NCBI GenBank assembly: GCA_029717555.1
Contig: JAMDHS010000105.1
Span: forward strand, 1 to 64,000
Direction of reading: 5' to 3'
Length of the DNA: 64,000 nucleotides
Origin: Peribolospora baueri
Lineage: Eukaryota
Part shown: positions 35,282-48,540 of the stretch, piece after piece
How the letters are laid out: each line of letters opens with the position of its first letter
How positions within the stretch are numbered: the stretch's first letter is position 1
Position numbers and translations under genes: made by a program
Notes under the pieces: generated by a model
Database searches by the model: none
What the model was told of the DNA's origin: nothing
What the model saw: the letters and a program-made list of their open reading frames with translations, nothing else

Positions 35282-38200
35282 CTACTCGTTCTCGTCACCT
35301 CCCTCGTCAGAAGATTCGCTGTCCGAAACGAATTCGGCCGATTTGTACTCTTTCGAAGGATTGTCAACTTGTCCGCCGCGTTCCGCTCGCACATCGCATA
35401 CTGCCATCATTTCGTCGAGGAGTTCTGCCGGGTTTACGGACAAGGCGCGGAGAGGTTGTGTAGAGCACGAGAAACGTTCGTCAGTAGTTTTTCTTTTTTT
35501 CGGCGTTGAGAAGACGGAACACGGTCCCATCAACCCCTCTCTTACGCCGCGGCGCGTCACGCCGAACCTTCCCAGCGCTCGCGCGAACTTACCAGGCCAA
35601 GAGAGATCGGTGTTTCTCGACTTCTCGATCGCCATCTTCTTTAGCCTCTTAAAACCCGCCCGGAGTCTGAAGTAGGTGATCCCTTTGAGGCCGTCTTGCT
35701 GGCTGAGTTTCATAAAGTCGGCATCGCGCTCGGACTCGTATGCTCGAAGTCTAGTGGAGAGGGAATGGGTGTGAACCGCCATAGGGGGACGATCAGATCA
35801 AGATGGGTCAGACGACATTTGCGGGTCAAGAAGATTTCAGGCCAACGTAATCTCGGGGAGGAAAACGACGACATACTTCTCGACTAAAATCGGTCCTGTT
35901 GTTCCGATATTCCACTCCTTCTTCTTCTTTGTCCCCGCCGGCTCTCGGCGGTCATCGCTGTCGCTATTGTGCTCATCGTCGTCCGAGCCGTCGCCATCGC
36001 TATCTTGTAAGATAGTGGGATACTCTTCGAGATTTCCAAGCCTGATAGATGAATGAATGTTAGATCAACAGAAAGATGCGCAGAAAAGCGGGAACCAGGC
36101 CACTGTGTCAGCGAACGAACTCGATAACCCTGGACACCCCCTCCTCCGGTCTCAACTCGATTAGCCACCACGTCGTCCCGACAAAACTTACCACTTGACT
36201 CTACACTGAAGTGCCGTCCGCTGTCCACACATTTTGCCCGCCACCTGACCCCAGAGGAACCAATTGTTGGGAGCATCCATCTTGCGCACCTCCTTCATCG
36301 CCTTTCTTAGCTGTTCCTCCTCTGCTGCTGACCAGACGCCTGCCGCACGATAAAGAGGATGAAAAGTGTGTCGGAGGGAAAAAGAACGACAGATGAATCC
36401 TCCAGAGACGTACAAGCGAAAAAAGGAAGGACCGAAGCGAGCCGAAAACGGACCTGTATTCTTCCCCTTGTCCTTCAAAGCAAACCTCCATCGATCCCTG
36501 CAATCTGGGCCAGACCTCTCGATGAGTGCTCCAATCTTCTGCCACTTTGGACCGTGCTCGAGCAAAAGCCTTTCAAGCTCTTCGTCCTCCTCTTTCGAAA
36601 AGGGCCCTTTGCGAGCGTGGGCATGGTAGATGCGCATTACGTGGTGTCGGACCGTTTGGACTGGGCGGTCGCCTAGAGCAGATGCTTTGAAGAGAAATGG
36701 ACGACGAAGCGGGAAGACGTAAGCCAAGGGACAGCACGTTGAACGCCGACGTCCGATCGATCCAGTTGCTCAACACGACCACTCACTGACGTCGAACCAA
36801 AACCCCTTGTGACCTTCCTTGGCCTTGGATGCGCCCGCGTAAATGAGATCGCGCAGCTGCTCCTCGGAGAGATTAAGTCTGCGCTTGAGAGCGTCGAAAT
36901 GGGCGTGGATTTTCTCGTCCTCACGCGTTGTGAATTTGCCGATCTTGTATTTTATGCCTGTGAGTACGGGAAAGTGAACGTTATAATGAAGGAGAGTAGA
37001 GAGAGAAGAAATTGGGTTGGTTAGACGGGTACGCTGGGTTGCACGTCTGTCAGATAGGTTATCGCGGGATATGTCGCGCCAGCCGAAGGAACACAAGGAT
37101 GGCAAGTAGGCCGGCGGGACGGGCTCGCCAAAAAACGTACCCAGAGCATCCAAATCCTTCTTGCCCAACCAAGTCCTGGTGAGCACCTCATTCTTGTCCA
37201 TCCTCTTCAGCTCGTCCAGCTTTTCGGCCTGTGACTTTCTCTTCCCCACTGCGTCATTCCGCGATCTCATCGGTTTCCCTACGTTGCGAAGGGCCCTGGC
37301 GGCTTCGGCGACAGTGATTCCGCCGGCAGCGTCCGCGTCGTTTGCGTTGGGATGCCGCGACGAGGAGGACCGATGATCGCCGGTCATGGTACTGGAAATA
37401 GCACGAGACGGCGGAGGAGCGTTAGAGGCACGCGAGCGAAGCGCCGTGGCGAAGGAGCTTTCCCGATCCTTCCCTCCGTCCGCGTTCACGTTCAGAGCGT
37501 TCGAAGTCTTCTTTGCTCCCTTCGAAGTCGACCTTGGGCCCATGCGCGAGCTATGGGCTTCGGTTGCGCCTACGCTTGCAATGGCGCCAAAGTCCATGCC
37601 GGGAGGGAAGAGGCTCGGGTCGAAATCAGCATTCCCTGGGGTGGTTTGATGAGACGTAGATGCGGCTGAGGCTGTTTGGAAAGGATTGGGGAAGCGACGT
37701 GCAAAGGAAGCGGTCGCCGAAGCGCTGCCAGAATGTAGTGGAGCCGACTTTGCATGGGCTTGGGTGGAAATGCTTTGACCGGCATGTTCATCCTGATGCC
37801 CAGGGCAGTGCTTTTTCTTCTTCTCCGTCCGCCGCTCCTCTTCGTTGGCGCGCTTCCTCTTCTTATCCTTCTCGTGTCTCTTCTTTCCATCCGAGCCCAA
37901 TCCGTCCACACGCCCATCACCTTGCACGAGCTGAGCAGCAGCGACGGGCTCGGTCGCCGATTGGGCAAGTTTGCGAGCCCGCTTCTCCTCTTTGCGTCGT
38001 GCTCGCTGAGCGCTATCGTCGAGTGTCCCTCCACCTGACGCCGACAGATCCGCCGCTCCAGTGGCTTCCAATGCGTCCACCTTCTTCCTCTTCTCCTTGC
38101 CTTTTTCCTTGCCTTGCTTGTCCTTGTCCTTGCTCTTGCTTTTGTGCTTCTTCGTGGCCTCGCTCGGTGCCCCATTTCCGCCGGACGCGGACTGATCAGC

Positions 38201-38362
38201 GTCCGGGGCCCCTGCGTCATTGTACGAGCGCATCTTCTTCTCTTTCTCCTTCCTCTTTTCCTTCTCCTTCTTCTTCTTCTTCTTCTTCTCCTCCATCTTC
38301 TCCTTCTCCTTCTCCTCCATCTTCTCCTTCTCCATGCTCGGCGCCTTGTCCTTGTCGTGCAT
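35282..38362 (-). CDS. Myb-repeat DNA-binding protein, Reb1/TTF1/DMTF1-like, with Lys/Glu-rich N-terminus
   Basis: Myb repeats 'KIGKFTTRED', 'RKGPFSKEEDEEL...HGPKWQKIGALIERSGPDCRDRWR' and 'GVWSAAEEEQL...WGQVAGKMCGQRTALQCRVKW'. C-terminal 'YKSAEFVSDSE'. Start ATG uncertain. Confidence 0.8.
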
Positions 38363-38746
38363 TTTGAGGTCCTACCGAGAGGCCCGCGGTCAGGCGACGC
38401 TGGGCGGGTTTTGGGACGGCCAACCAAAGACTGCGGCCAGCCGACGAGGCGACCGTTCTCGGGCGCGGTTCGCCGAAGTTCCCACGGGCTGGTTACCGCG
38501 TGCTTGCGCTCGTGATCGCCTGCGGCCGGTGATCTCGAGCCAGAGCTGACCAGCCCAGGCAGGCGACTGACCTCGTCGTCACCTTCTCCGTCTCCTTCTC
38601 CTCGTCCTTCCCACCGCTCTTGCTTTGCGATCGCGCACTTACCACCTCCATTGCTCGCTTTCTTGGCACCCTCGCCCTTCTCTGTGCGCTTCCTGCTTCC
38701 TTGGCTCACCTTGTGCACAACAGACGACGGCCGGTGACCAGCAGGA

Positions 38747-41700
38747 ATGGCGCCCGCTATCCCCATGGACGCTCACCACAGCACGGCCACCAACGCCGGA
38801 TACCGCTCCTCCTCCGCCTCGTCGCCCGTCCTCGACTCAGATGGCGCCGGCCCGTCCTCCTCTCGTGCGAGCTCGCCCTCGCTCTCCTCATCCCCTCCGG
38901 ACACCGTGGCGCCGCCTCCGCGCTCTTCTCGCGCGCTCTCGCGCTCCTGCTCCTCGCCCCTTCGAGACACCGATCGCCCGTCTTCTTCGTCCCTTGGCCC
39001 GCCGGGGGGCGGCACCCCCGCGCCAGCCTCGCCCAGTAGCACGTCGGTCTCCGATGACATGGACGAGTTCGTAGATCTCGCCGGCTCGGGTTTCAACCTG
39101 GATGACCGGCGAATGACCTTGACGAAGGACCGTCCCCGGCCCTCATCGCTCGTGCCTCAGTCCCCGACGTCGACCACTGAAAGCTGGCTCCACCCGCAAA
39201 ACTCTTTGCCGGGAAGCGTCCATCCTCCTAGTCCGGCAGCGAACCTTCCACATGAGATCCTGCTTCACGTCTTCAAATTCGTCGCCGTCCACCCTCCCGA
39301 TCTCGCGAGCTGTCTGCAGGTGTGCAAGTCCTGGTGCCTCTGTGGTGTTGAGCTGCTGTGGTATAGGCCCACCTTTTACCGCCTCTCCGCGCTTGTCAAG
39401 CTCATTCGAGTGATCCAGAGCGGGCGGGACGACTCCATGGACGAGAGCGGTGCCGTCGTCAGCCAGAACGGCAACTGGAGCGATATGGGAAGCGGAGACG
39501 CCGGAGCGCCCGGCCCCACTTCCCGTCCCATCTTTGAATACGCCACCTTTATCCGGCGACTCAACTTCACCGCGCTCGGCGAGGGCTTGGAGGACAATCT
39601 TTTCGGTCGCCTCACGCCGTGCGAGCGCCTCGAGCGACTCACTTTAGCTGGCTGTTCCGCCGTGGAGGACGCTACGCTCACCAAGGTGCTCTCTCACACT
39701 CCTCGGATCGTGGCTATCGATCTCTCCGGCGTCACGAATTGCACAGACACCACGCTGGACATGCTCGGGAGAACGTGTGCTCGTCTGCAAGGGATCAGTT
39801 TGGCCGAATGTAAGGAGATCACCGATGCCGGTATGGCGCGTCTGGCACGGAGTTGCAAGCTGTTGCGAAGGGTCAAGCTTTGTGGGTGCGTCAACATCGG
39901 CGATGAAACGGTGACGACGATGGCAGAGTCGTGTCCAATGCTCCTTGAAGTCGACCTCAGCGGATGTGCAAGCATCACCAACGAAGGCGCGATCAAGCTG
40001 TGGCAGCACAGCTACCACATGCGCGAGCTCCGATTCGCTCGATGCTCTCGTCTTACCGACGCGGCTTTTCCCGAACCGTGGCCGCGTTCGAATGTCCTCA
40101 ATGGCGGAGGCGGCTTTGGCGATGCCATCACAGGTTCCCCCGCCCACCGCAATGCCCGTTCCTCGCGCTCAAAGCAGGACCGCCCGCCCTCGGTCGTCCC
40201 CGGCACTCTCGGAGCGCCGAGGATGTTCGACCACCTGCGCATCCTAGACATCACCAACTGCGCTTCCATCACCGACAAGGCAATTGAAGGCATCGTCACT
40301 AACGTACCTCGGCTACGCAATCTCAGCTTGTCCAAGTGTATCCACCTCACCGATGACGGCGTGTTTAGCATTTGCAAGCTCGGAAAGCATTTGCATTTCT
40401 TGCAGTTGGGCCATTGTGGCAAGTGAGTCGATCGATTTCGGAATCGTGCTGCGCTTGGTTTCAAGTATTCTATGGAGATGCCCGTCTATTGTCTGACATT
40501 GCCCCCATACAATCCCATTTTTCCTTCCCTCGCCCATCTAGTATCACCGATCGTGCGGTTACAGCGCTCGCCCGTTCCTGCACTCGACTCCGGTACCTAG
40601 ACCTCGCCTGCTGCATGCTCCTCACCGACCTCAGCGTGTTCGAGCTTGCCGTGCACCTGCCCAAATTGCGTAGGATTGGTCTAGTCAGGGTGAGTGAGCG
40701 TCCCTTGAGATGCGCACTGACGAGGGTGTGCGATCGTTTTAGAGTGACTGACGTGCTACTCTTGTCTTTCCTACAAGGTGGCCAACCTAACCGACGAAGC
40801 CATCTACGCACTGGTCGATCGTCACACCGCTCTCGAACGCATTCACCTTTCCTACTGCGAGAAGATCTCCGTCCAAGCCATTTTCTGGCTTCTGACTCGC
40901 CTTCATCGCTTGACCCACCTCAGCTTGACGGGAGTGCCGTCCTTTAGGAGACCGGATTTGCAGCAGATGTGCAGACAGCCTCCCAAGGTGAACTTGCCTT
41001 GATTTTATCGTCGATTCCATATTTCCGAATCTCGCTTGTTTCTCCGCTTCCTTTGATAATAAGGTGAAGACTGACCCGGCGCTTGACTCGCACTACTCTT
41101 CGCCGGCCGCAATCCATCCAACTCGATCCCATTGCAGGATTTCACCGAACACCAGCGGGAAGCCTTCTGCGTCTACTCGGGTAGAGGCATCCACGACCTT
41201 CGACGCTACCTTCTCAGCCAGGCCGACCCGCAGATGCAGCGCCAGATCGCGCTCACCGACCACCGTCGTCGTCACGAGCGACATGGACGCCACGGTCATC
41301 ACGGGCACGGGCATGGACAGTCCCAGCCGCGCCATCACGATGGCGGCGCCGGGGGAGAACGCGCAAGCGGGGCTGCGGCCCAGGGCGTTGGGAATGGTCA
41401 CTTCGCGGATCTGTTTGGTCCGAGCCAGGTCCATGCCGGTCCTTGGGCCGCGGATTTCTCTGGAACGGCGACGTGGGGCGGCGCTGGCGGAGATCCTTTG
41501 GACGGTCCCCCAGGCGCTTCGGCTGCGAGCGTGCAGAGACAACGGGCGAGGCTCGCGAGGGCTTCGGCGGACGACGTCAGGCAGAGTGCGCAAGCGGCTG
41601 GTCGGAGCGCGGGTGGAGGGATGTGGGATGCTGCCCCTACGGGTTCACAGCCTCTCGGATCGCCAATGCAGGGTGTTGCTTCGCTCGTCGGCGGTCTCAC

Positions 41701-42175
41701 GGGCGCCGTTGGCGGGCGGCAGACTCCGCGAGCCACGTACTTCTTCCCGTCCGATACTGTCGGCGGATGGCGCGCGGTCAGCTCGCCGGCAGATGCGCCC
41801 GGTTTACCCGGTATACCGACCGCGCGAGGTGACGTACAGCCTTCGGCGAATGGGAATGGGTACACGTTTGGTTTCGCCAACGGCGGAGCTGCCGGGGAAG
41901 CAATCCGGACGCCTACTGCCGGGCCACCTGCTTCTCCCTTCCTCCCGCAAGCGCCATTCCCATCCGCCGCGCGAAGAGAAGGCGGAGGCCTGGCGAACGC
42001 GCCGGATGAGGCTCAGACTCGGCAGGCGTACCAACAGGAGCAGATGATGACGATGCGGATGAACGCCCTTCTCCAACAGCAGAGCGAGAGGCTTGCTGCT
42101 GCCGAGGCGCTCACGAGGCAGAGAAGGGAGGAGGATGGCAGAAGGGAGAGAAGGGCGGAGAGTCAGCAGCCGTGA
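38747..42175 (+). CDS. GRR1: SCF F-box/leucine-rich-repeat protein Grr1
   Basis: F-box 'LPHEILLHVF...CLQVCKSWCLCGVELLWYRP', 'FIRRLNF', 'CERLERLTL', multiple LRRs, 'LPKLRRIGLVR' and the Grr1-type C-terminal 'FTEHQREAFCVYSG'. Confidence 0.92.
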
Positions 42176-43002
42176 TACGGGGGGAAACCGTTCCCGGCTG
42201 CTATAGGCCCCTTCCTCGCGGTTGCCGCGTCTGTCTTTCGTGCCTCCACTCCGGCGCTGCTCGCTTGTCCATGTGCTAGGGGTTTTCTCCCGGTTTCTTT
42301 TGCTCAGTTGGGCACCGTCGTCGTCGTCCTGCAGTTCGTTCTTCCTCTTCCCGTTCTATTCGGCGACCTCTTCACACCGCTGCCCGTTTGGATTACGACT
42401 CTGTCTGTTTTCGTTTCTTCTCGTCTCGGCCACTCTCGTCGCCGTGCATTCCCATTTTCTTGTAGAACATTTTTCCTCTTTTCCGAAGTCTCTTTCCGCT
42501 CGTACTCTCGTCTCGTGTTTATCATCCACACACGCTTTCCCCTGTCTCCCCCATGTCTTCATCCATCCATCATCCATTCCGTCTTCGTAACCTTTTTTTT
42601 CCCTCTCAGCAGCTCTCAAGGTTCGAGCGCCCGCCTCCCATCCATCCACTGATCTCAATCAAGTCTGTACTCTATCTGTTCAAGCAATCCTCGGTCTGTT
42701 TTCCGTGCTCCTGCGAGCTTGCGAGCGCGGCGACAAAGTTGTCCTCCGTTCCTGACAGCTAGTTTCAGTAGTCGGCTCGCCTAGAGGGGACACATCGTTC
42801 GCATGGATGAATGCCCGGGCAACCCACGTTCATTTTCAGGAGCGGGGATGACATGTCGAAAGACTATTTAAAAGACCGTCATTGCACGCCCCACCCCCGC
42901 CCCCTAGAAGTCCTACTCAATCCGACGGGTGTGAATCCATCTCTGTCTGAGCAGTACTGCACATCCCCACTAGTATCATACATACAACGCACTGGAGACC
43001 CC

Positions 43003-44305
43003 TCAAGTCCCCGTGGATGCGTCCTGTGGTGCGGCGGGGCCATCTGGAGGTGCGGCGGATGCGGGTACGGAGGCAATAATCTCTTCGAGTGACACCCGTG
43101 GCATTGGAGGTATAGAGTCGAGAGATATACCCAGCTCCTTTGATATCCGCTCGTATGCGGCCTTCCAAGCTGCGGGGAAGGCGGAAGAAGTGAACAGTGT
43201 CAAACAGCTAAGTCCAACCCGCGTGTCTGCGCCTTTTGCCGAACCGACAACTACCACTGCGCACCTTCTTCCTCTGTTCTCGATTCCTCTTCCAATAGTT
43301 CTCCGTCCTCTTCGTCATTATCGCCGTAGTACTCCAGCGGCATGTTCCGGAAGCGCGTGTACCGTTCGGTCTTGTATGAATCGAGCTCGGCTTGCTCGGC
43401 CGCTGTGTTCGATGAACGAGGATCAGCCGGATTGAGCTTTCACGCAGTCCGAGTGCGCGGTGTCAATAGCGACAGAGAAGAGCCGACGCTCACCCGATCT
43501 CGAGAACAGCTCCTTCACGCCAGGTAACTCTTTTGCTCGTCCAAAGTACCTGCTCACGCGGTTCGCAATCGCGGACGTTATCAGAAGGACGGTCATTTTG
43601 AACATCTAGACGCGAGGGCCCGCAACTCACTTGTAGCCGCGCGTGCCCGGCACTTCTCTGCCGCCGTCGTCGAGCATCTTAGGCACGCCGCGCTTGTAGT
43701 TGGCGCCGCCAAGAGCGACGATCTGGTTCTCCCAATGACCCTTCTCGCGGATGAGTTTGTTGATCTCATCGTTCAAATCCCTGATCTCGTAGTCGTTCAA
43801 TCCAGCTGAAAAACATGCGAGGCACCAGCGGTCAACTTATCGCCAGAGCCCAAGGAAGCGAGCACATCGTCCCCCGCCAGTCAAGCAGGCGCATTATCAG
43901 GCAATTTTTACGCACCATCTTGGATTTTAGACACCTTCCTGCTGATTTCCCTCAACACCTCCCCACGCCACCGCTCGCAGTCGCGAAGGTTCTTGACGCT
44001 ACTCGCAAGTCGAGGCCTCCTGTCCGTCTTGCGCGTCGCCAGACCCAGCTCGGCGGCTTGCGCCTCGCGAAAGCGGTACAGCATAGACCTACGTGGAGCA
44101 TGTGAGAACGCGAGACGCCAGGTCAGGAGAGCGATGAATAGAATAAAGCTTGGCACGGAGATGCTCACTGTGCCTTCTCCTCATTACGCGCCTGAGGTGG
44201 TGCGTCATCAAAGAAGCGAGAGACAAAAGGTGGCAGCGGAGGTCAGCCCTAGAGACATCTCCTCCATGCACCCATACTACCATAGCGAAGAACCCTGCTC
44301 ACCAT
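43003..44305 (-). CDS. ISY1: Pre-mRNA splicing factor Isy1 (NineTeen complex)
   Basis: ATG-only first coding exon (44303-44305, then GTGAGC). Continues 'ARNEEKAQ|SMLYRFREAQAAELG...CERWRGEVLREISRKVSKIQD|AGLNDYEIRDLNDEINKLIREKGHWE...GYK|YFGRAKELPGVKELF'. Confidence 0.93.
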
Positions 44306-44529
44306 ATTGAAAGACTATATGTGTTTGGATGAGGATGGGATGAATGACCTCGACGACAACGGCTGTGGGTGGACAGGGAAGAAGACGCGGACCGTAATCG
44401 ATGATCGTCCGCAGCTGCGGCAGTGATCAACTTACCTCGCCCCGGACCAGCTCATCTCTCCGTCTGCCCACATCGGTCCGCACATCGTCGGAAGTACTCC
44501 TCGCCTTCTTCTCCTTCACCATTCCAATC

Positions 44530-45731
44530 ATGAGCGGCTTGGAGAGTGAGTCGAGTTTAGGGGAGCGCGCTTGGCTTCTATTGCGCCTCAACTGTGCAGC
44601 TCGAAATGCGGGCCAAGTGCTGACCGTGCTCCTATCTTTCGTCAACTCGCCTCTCGCAGAAAGCCTTTTCCAGCTCAAGGTGAGCGTGCTAGCTTGTACA
44701 GGCCACCTATCTTCCTTTCATTTCTCCTCTGCTGGTCTGGGATAGGTCGAACGACTAACATCACGATCGATCTCTACGATTCCAGTTCACGGCCAAGTCT
44801 CTCCAGCGACAAGCCAAGAAAGCGCAGAAGGATGAGACGTCTGAGAAAGCCAAGTTGAAAAAGGTGCGTCAAACGGTGGAGCGATAACGCTCATTACCAG
44901 CGTAATACGTCTAATACTGGGGTGTCCTGCTTTGGCTCAAATGCTCTTCACTCGCATTTTGCTGCTATCGTACTCTGTCTGCTCCGCTTTCCGTGCTCGC
45001 CCTTTCGAAGGCTTTGCAACAAAACAACGTCGAAGGCGCCCGCATCTACGCCGCCAACGCCATTCGGAAGAAGAACGAGAACCTGAATCTTTTGAGACTC
45101 GGTTCCCGCATCGATGCCGTGGCTAGTCGGGTGGAGACGGCGGTTACGATGCGGCAGGTGGGTAGTAGGCCGACCGCTCGTGACGGGGGTCACCTTAGGC
45201 CGCGAAGGCTATCGTACAGTTTGGATGGATTGTTTACCGTACGTCTTTGCGATTTATGCTCATTTTCAGGTGACCGGAAACATGGCGAACGTGGTGCGAG
45301 GGATGGACAGGGCGATGGAGAGCATGAACTTGGAGAAGGTGATTGTCAACTCACAGTCTTCCTTCCTTTCGTTAGTCAAGCTGATGACGAACCCTCTGTC
45401 TCGTTCCCCGATTTACTCATTCTCTATCCGCGATGCACAGATCTCAATGGTGATGGACAAGTTCGAGACCCAGTTCGAGGACCTGGACGTGCAGACCGAG
45501 TATATGGAGGGCACGGTGGGCAACACGGTGGCGACGTCGACGCCTCAGGACCAAGTGGACCTGCTACTGCAGCAGGTGGCCGAAGAGAATGGGCTTGAGG
45601 TGCAACACTCGTTGGGCGAGGCGGGGCTGGAGGGCAAGGTGAAGGACCTGGAACAGAGTCAAAAGGGCAAGGTCAGAGCCGAGGACGATGCGCTCGCTGA
45701 GAGACTGAGGGCTTTGCGGCCTGCGACATGA
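44530..45731 (+). CDS. DID2: ESCRT-III-associated protein Did2/Vps46/CHMP1
   Basis: '[29 protein letters not shown]...|[23 protein letters not shown]...[14 protein letters not shown]' and C-terminal MIM '[12 protein letters not shown]'. Confidence 0.95.
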
Positions 45732-46094
45732 TCCTTTTATTCGTGCATCCGCTTTCGCTATTTCGCGCCCAGGGGTCCAGGTGCAACTCGCTCACCTCTT
45801 TTCTTCGTCCGTCTGCCCGGGCCAGCCTTGACGCCTGCCATCTCTCTTCTCGTGTAGACTTTTTTGCTCGTGTATCTGTACAATGGATATTTCCCTGCCA
45901 CGTCCGGCGTCGATTGAGTCCCATGTCTGCGCATTTGCAAGTCGCTCTTCGCTGTCGCATCGATAAAAGTATCCCTAAGCTTGATACAAAGCACAAAGTG
46001 ACGGAAGACGTAGACATACAACAATCTAGGCGTGTGGAGAGGAGAGGAATACACACAGAGGGGCCGAAAAACGCCACCACAGAACAAGAGGACA

Positions 46095-48260
46095 TCACAC
46101 GATCTTGCGCAATCTGCTCCACAACCATAGCACGGCTAATCCGGCGACGGCGAGCCCTCCAGACGAGATGGCGAAAGTGGGTGCAAAGCAAGCCCTGCCG
46201 GCGGTACACACCACCGTCTCAGCTCCAGACGCCTGCTGTCTCTTAGCGACGCGGTCGTGGATTGCGCCGAAGAGCATGGAAAAGGCAAAGCTACCGACGG
46301 CATTGGCGTAGCTGAGCGTGCCCCAGTTCCTGCCAAAGTGCTCCTTGCGGTACAGGCTTGCTGTGAGGGCTGGGACTAGGCAGAATACGAAGCCGTATCC
46401 GATGCCTACCGGCACGCTGAGTAGGGGGAGACGGGAGGTGGTGGAGAGGTAGGCGGCGGACCAAGCAAAAGTGAGGGTGAGGAGGGCGACGGCGGAGAAG
46501 AGGAAGAAGAGGCGGGAGACCCGTATGTTGGAGATGCGAAAGCGCAGGCGGGAAAGTGAGGTGGACGCAGAGCCGAAGGATGGGGGTCGAAGGGGACGAG
46601 AGGGGGAGAGGACATCGGAGAGAGCTCCGGCTAGGAGGCGAGAGAGTGTATTGGCCACGGCTGAAAATAGAAGTAGGAAAGGAAATATTCACTACATTGT
46701 CAGCCTGGAGGAACCGCGGTAACACGAAAACGGCGGAAAAAAGCTCACCAATAGACTGTACTTGTCTACTCCTAATGTTCATGGCCTTTCCGCCCAGCGG
46801 GTTCCCCTGCGCGGTGGCCATCAACTTGGCTGCAGTATGGACGACGCCAGATGTGGTGCTTGGAGAGGACGTCGCCTTGCCCTGGTCGCCCAACAAGCTC
46901 ACGACTATGCTGCCCACGGAGCTCATCACCATCTCGCTAGCGCCTACGGCGACGAAGAGCAGGAAGAGCAAAACGAGAGTAGATGGAGCGCACAGGAACG
47001 CGCGGAGAGGCTCGTCGTCCGAGGAGGGCCCAGGGGTGCTGTGCGACGAAGGGTGGGAAGACGGTAGCAACGGTGTTTGCTCGTCCGACGGGAGGCTACG
47101 AGCATGCCCCTCGTCCTCCTTCACCTCATCTACGTCCTCTGAAGGAAGCACTCTCAGCCCCCACGCACCGACCAGATTGACACTGAACAAAAAGAGGCCG
47201 AGGAAGCTGAGGAAAGCGGTAGTATCGAGGTCGCCCGAGCGTTGGTCTACGAAGAAGAAGTCGGCTATGCCAGAGAGGAAGAGAGAGGAGAGAGAGAAAA
47301 GGGTGAGGGGTATAGCAATGGCGAGACCTGGTGAGGAGGGGAAAGAAAGGGTGGAAGTTGTGAGGGCAGAAAAATAGCTACCGAGAGAGAGAGGACGACG
47401 ACGACGACGAAAACGACGATGGTTTAAACAAGTACTTGGTTAGCTGCAGCCTGAATCTGGCCCAGAATAAAGCAAGGACAATAGAGCGCTCACCTGGCAC
47501 AGGTGCCAATCCCAACAAAGACAAAGTAGATTGCCATCCAGACAAATCCTGTCTCTTGCCTCAACGGGGGAGACGTCGTAGGCTCGTCTCCTACGCCAAG
47601 GACTGGGCGCGGCGAGCTGAATTGGCCATGGACGGCCGCGTCGATGCTATAACCACGCGACATGAGCGAGTAGCCGGCTAGAAAAAGAACGGCGGCAACA
47701 AGCGATAGGCTACATCGCATGACCGGCACAAGAACGATGGGAGCGCGAGCATCAACGACGTCGGCCGAACATGGCTGCGTCCGGTCAGGGCCTCATAGGC
47801 AGATCACTCACACTCTCCCGCCCCACCGGTCGGCAATCCCGCCGCAAAAGCCCGCAACTGCGTACTGCCCGAGCACGGCACCTGACCAGACAGCATTGGT
47901 CTCTGTGAGCGAAAACCCCAAGTCGGAAGTAAGTGAGGGGCCGAATAGGGGGAAGGTGAAGATGGAGCCAGCGGTGATCCTGTTTGGCGGTGGGGGCGGC
48001 AAGTCGGGAACAGGGAGCGAGCACGGTGAGAAAACTGCAATATGTCCTGAGCAAGCGTCTTCTTGCTCCTTGTAATATAGGCAAAGCGGCCCGCTTGCAT
48101 GGGTTGCGCTGCTCATGATCAACACTCACGAGTTCGCGGCGATGCAGACATAGGACACGACCGCTCTCGCCTTCGGCAGCGTCCTCGAATGTCGCTGCCG
48201 TCTCTCTGGCTGGTGGTCCGCAGGCACTGCGACGGCGACGCCGGGATCGACGTCGGCCAT
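46095..48260 (-). CDS. MFS transporter, MCH1/nodulin-like
   Basis: 'SITAGSIFTFPLFGP', 'GGIADRWG', 'FVGIGTCA', 'GASEMVMSSVGSIV', 'ANTLSRLLAGALSD', 'HFGRNWGTL', 'CTAGRACF'. Multiple hydrophobic helices. Confidence 0.8.
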
Positions 48261-48540
48261 GTTGTGCCCTAACTAGTTATAAGTGGCGTCGAAAGACTCT
48301 TAACTGTCGTTTGTCGTCTGAGACTGTGGATGGTAGTAGTCCCTAAATAAAAGCGCCACGGTGTGATCGGCGGCGGCCATCAAACGCATCCGTCGCCTAA
48401 TTGACGACATCGCCGAGTCCCCTTCTGCTTCTCGTCTTCCATCGTCAGCCACCTCAAAGCGCACTTAGCGTTCACCCTCGCCAAAGCTCGGCGCGCCACA
48501 GCCTCACCTCGGGAGGCCAGCGTTCAGAGGTGTCAGCATC

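Noticed and set aside
38230..38340. (CTT/CTC)n purine-pyrimidine repeat
   Set aside because: It is explained as the coding sequence for the Lys/Glu-rich N-terminus of the Myb protein.
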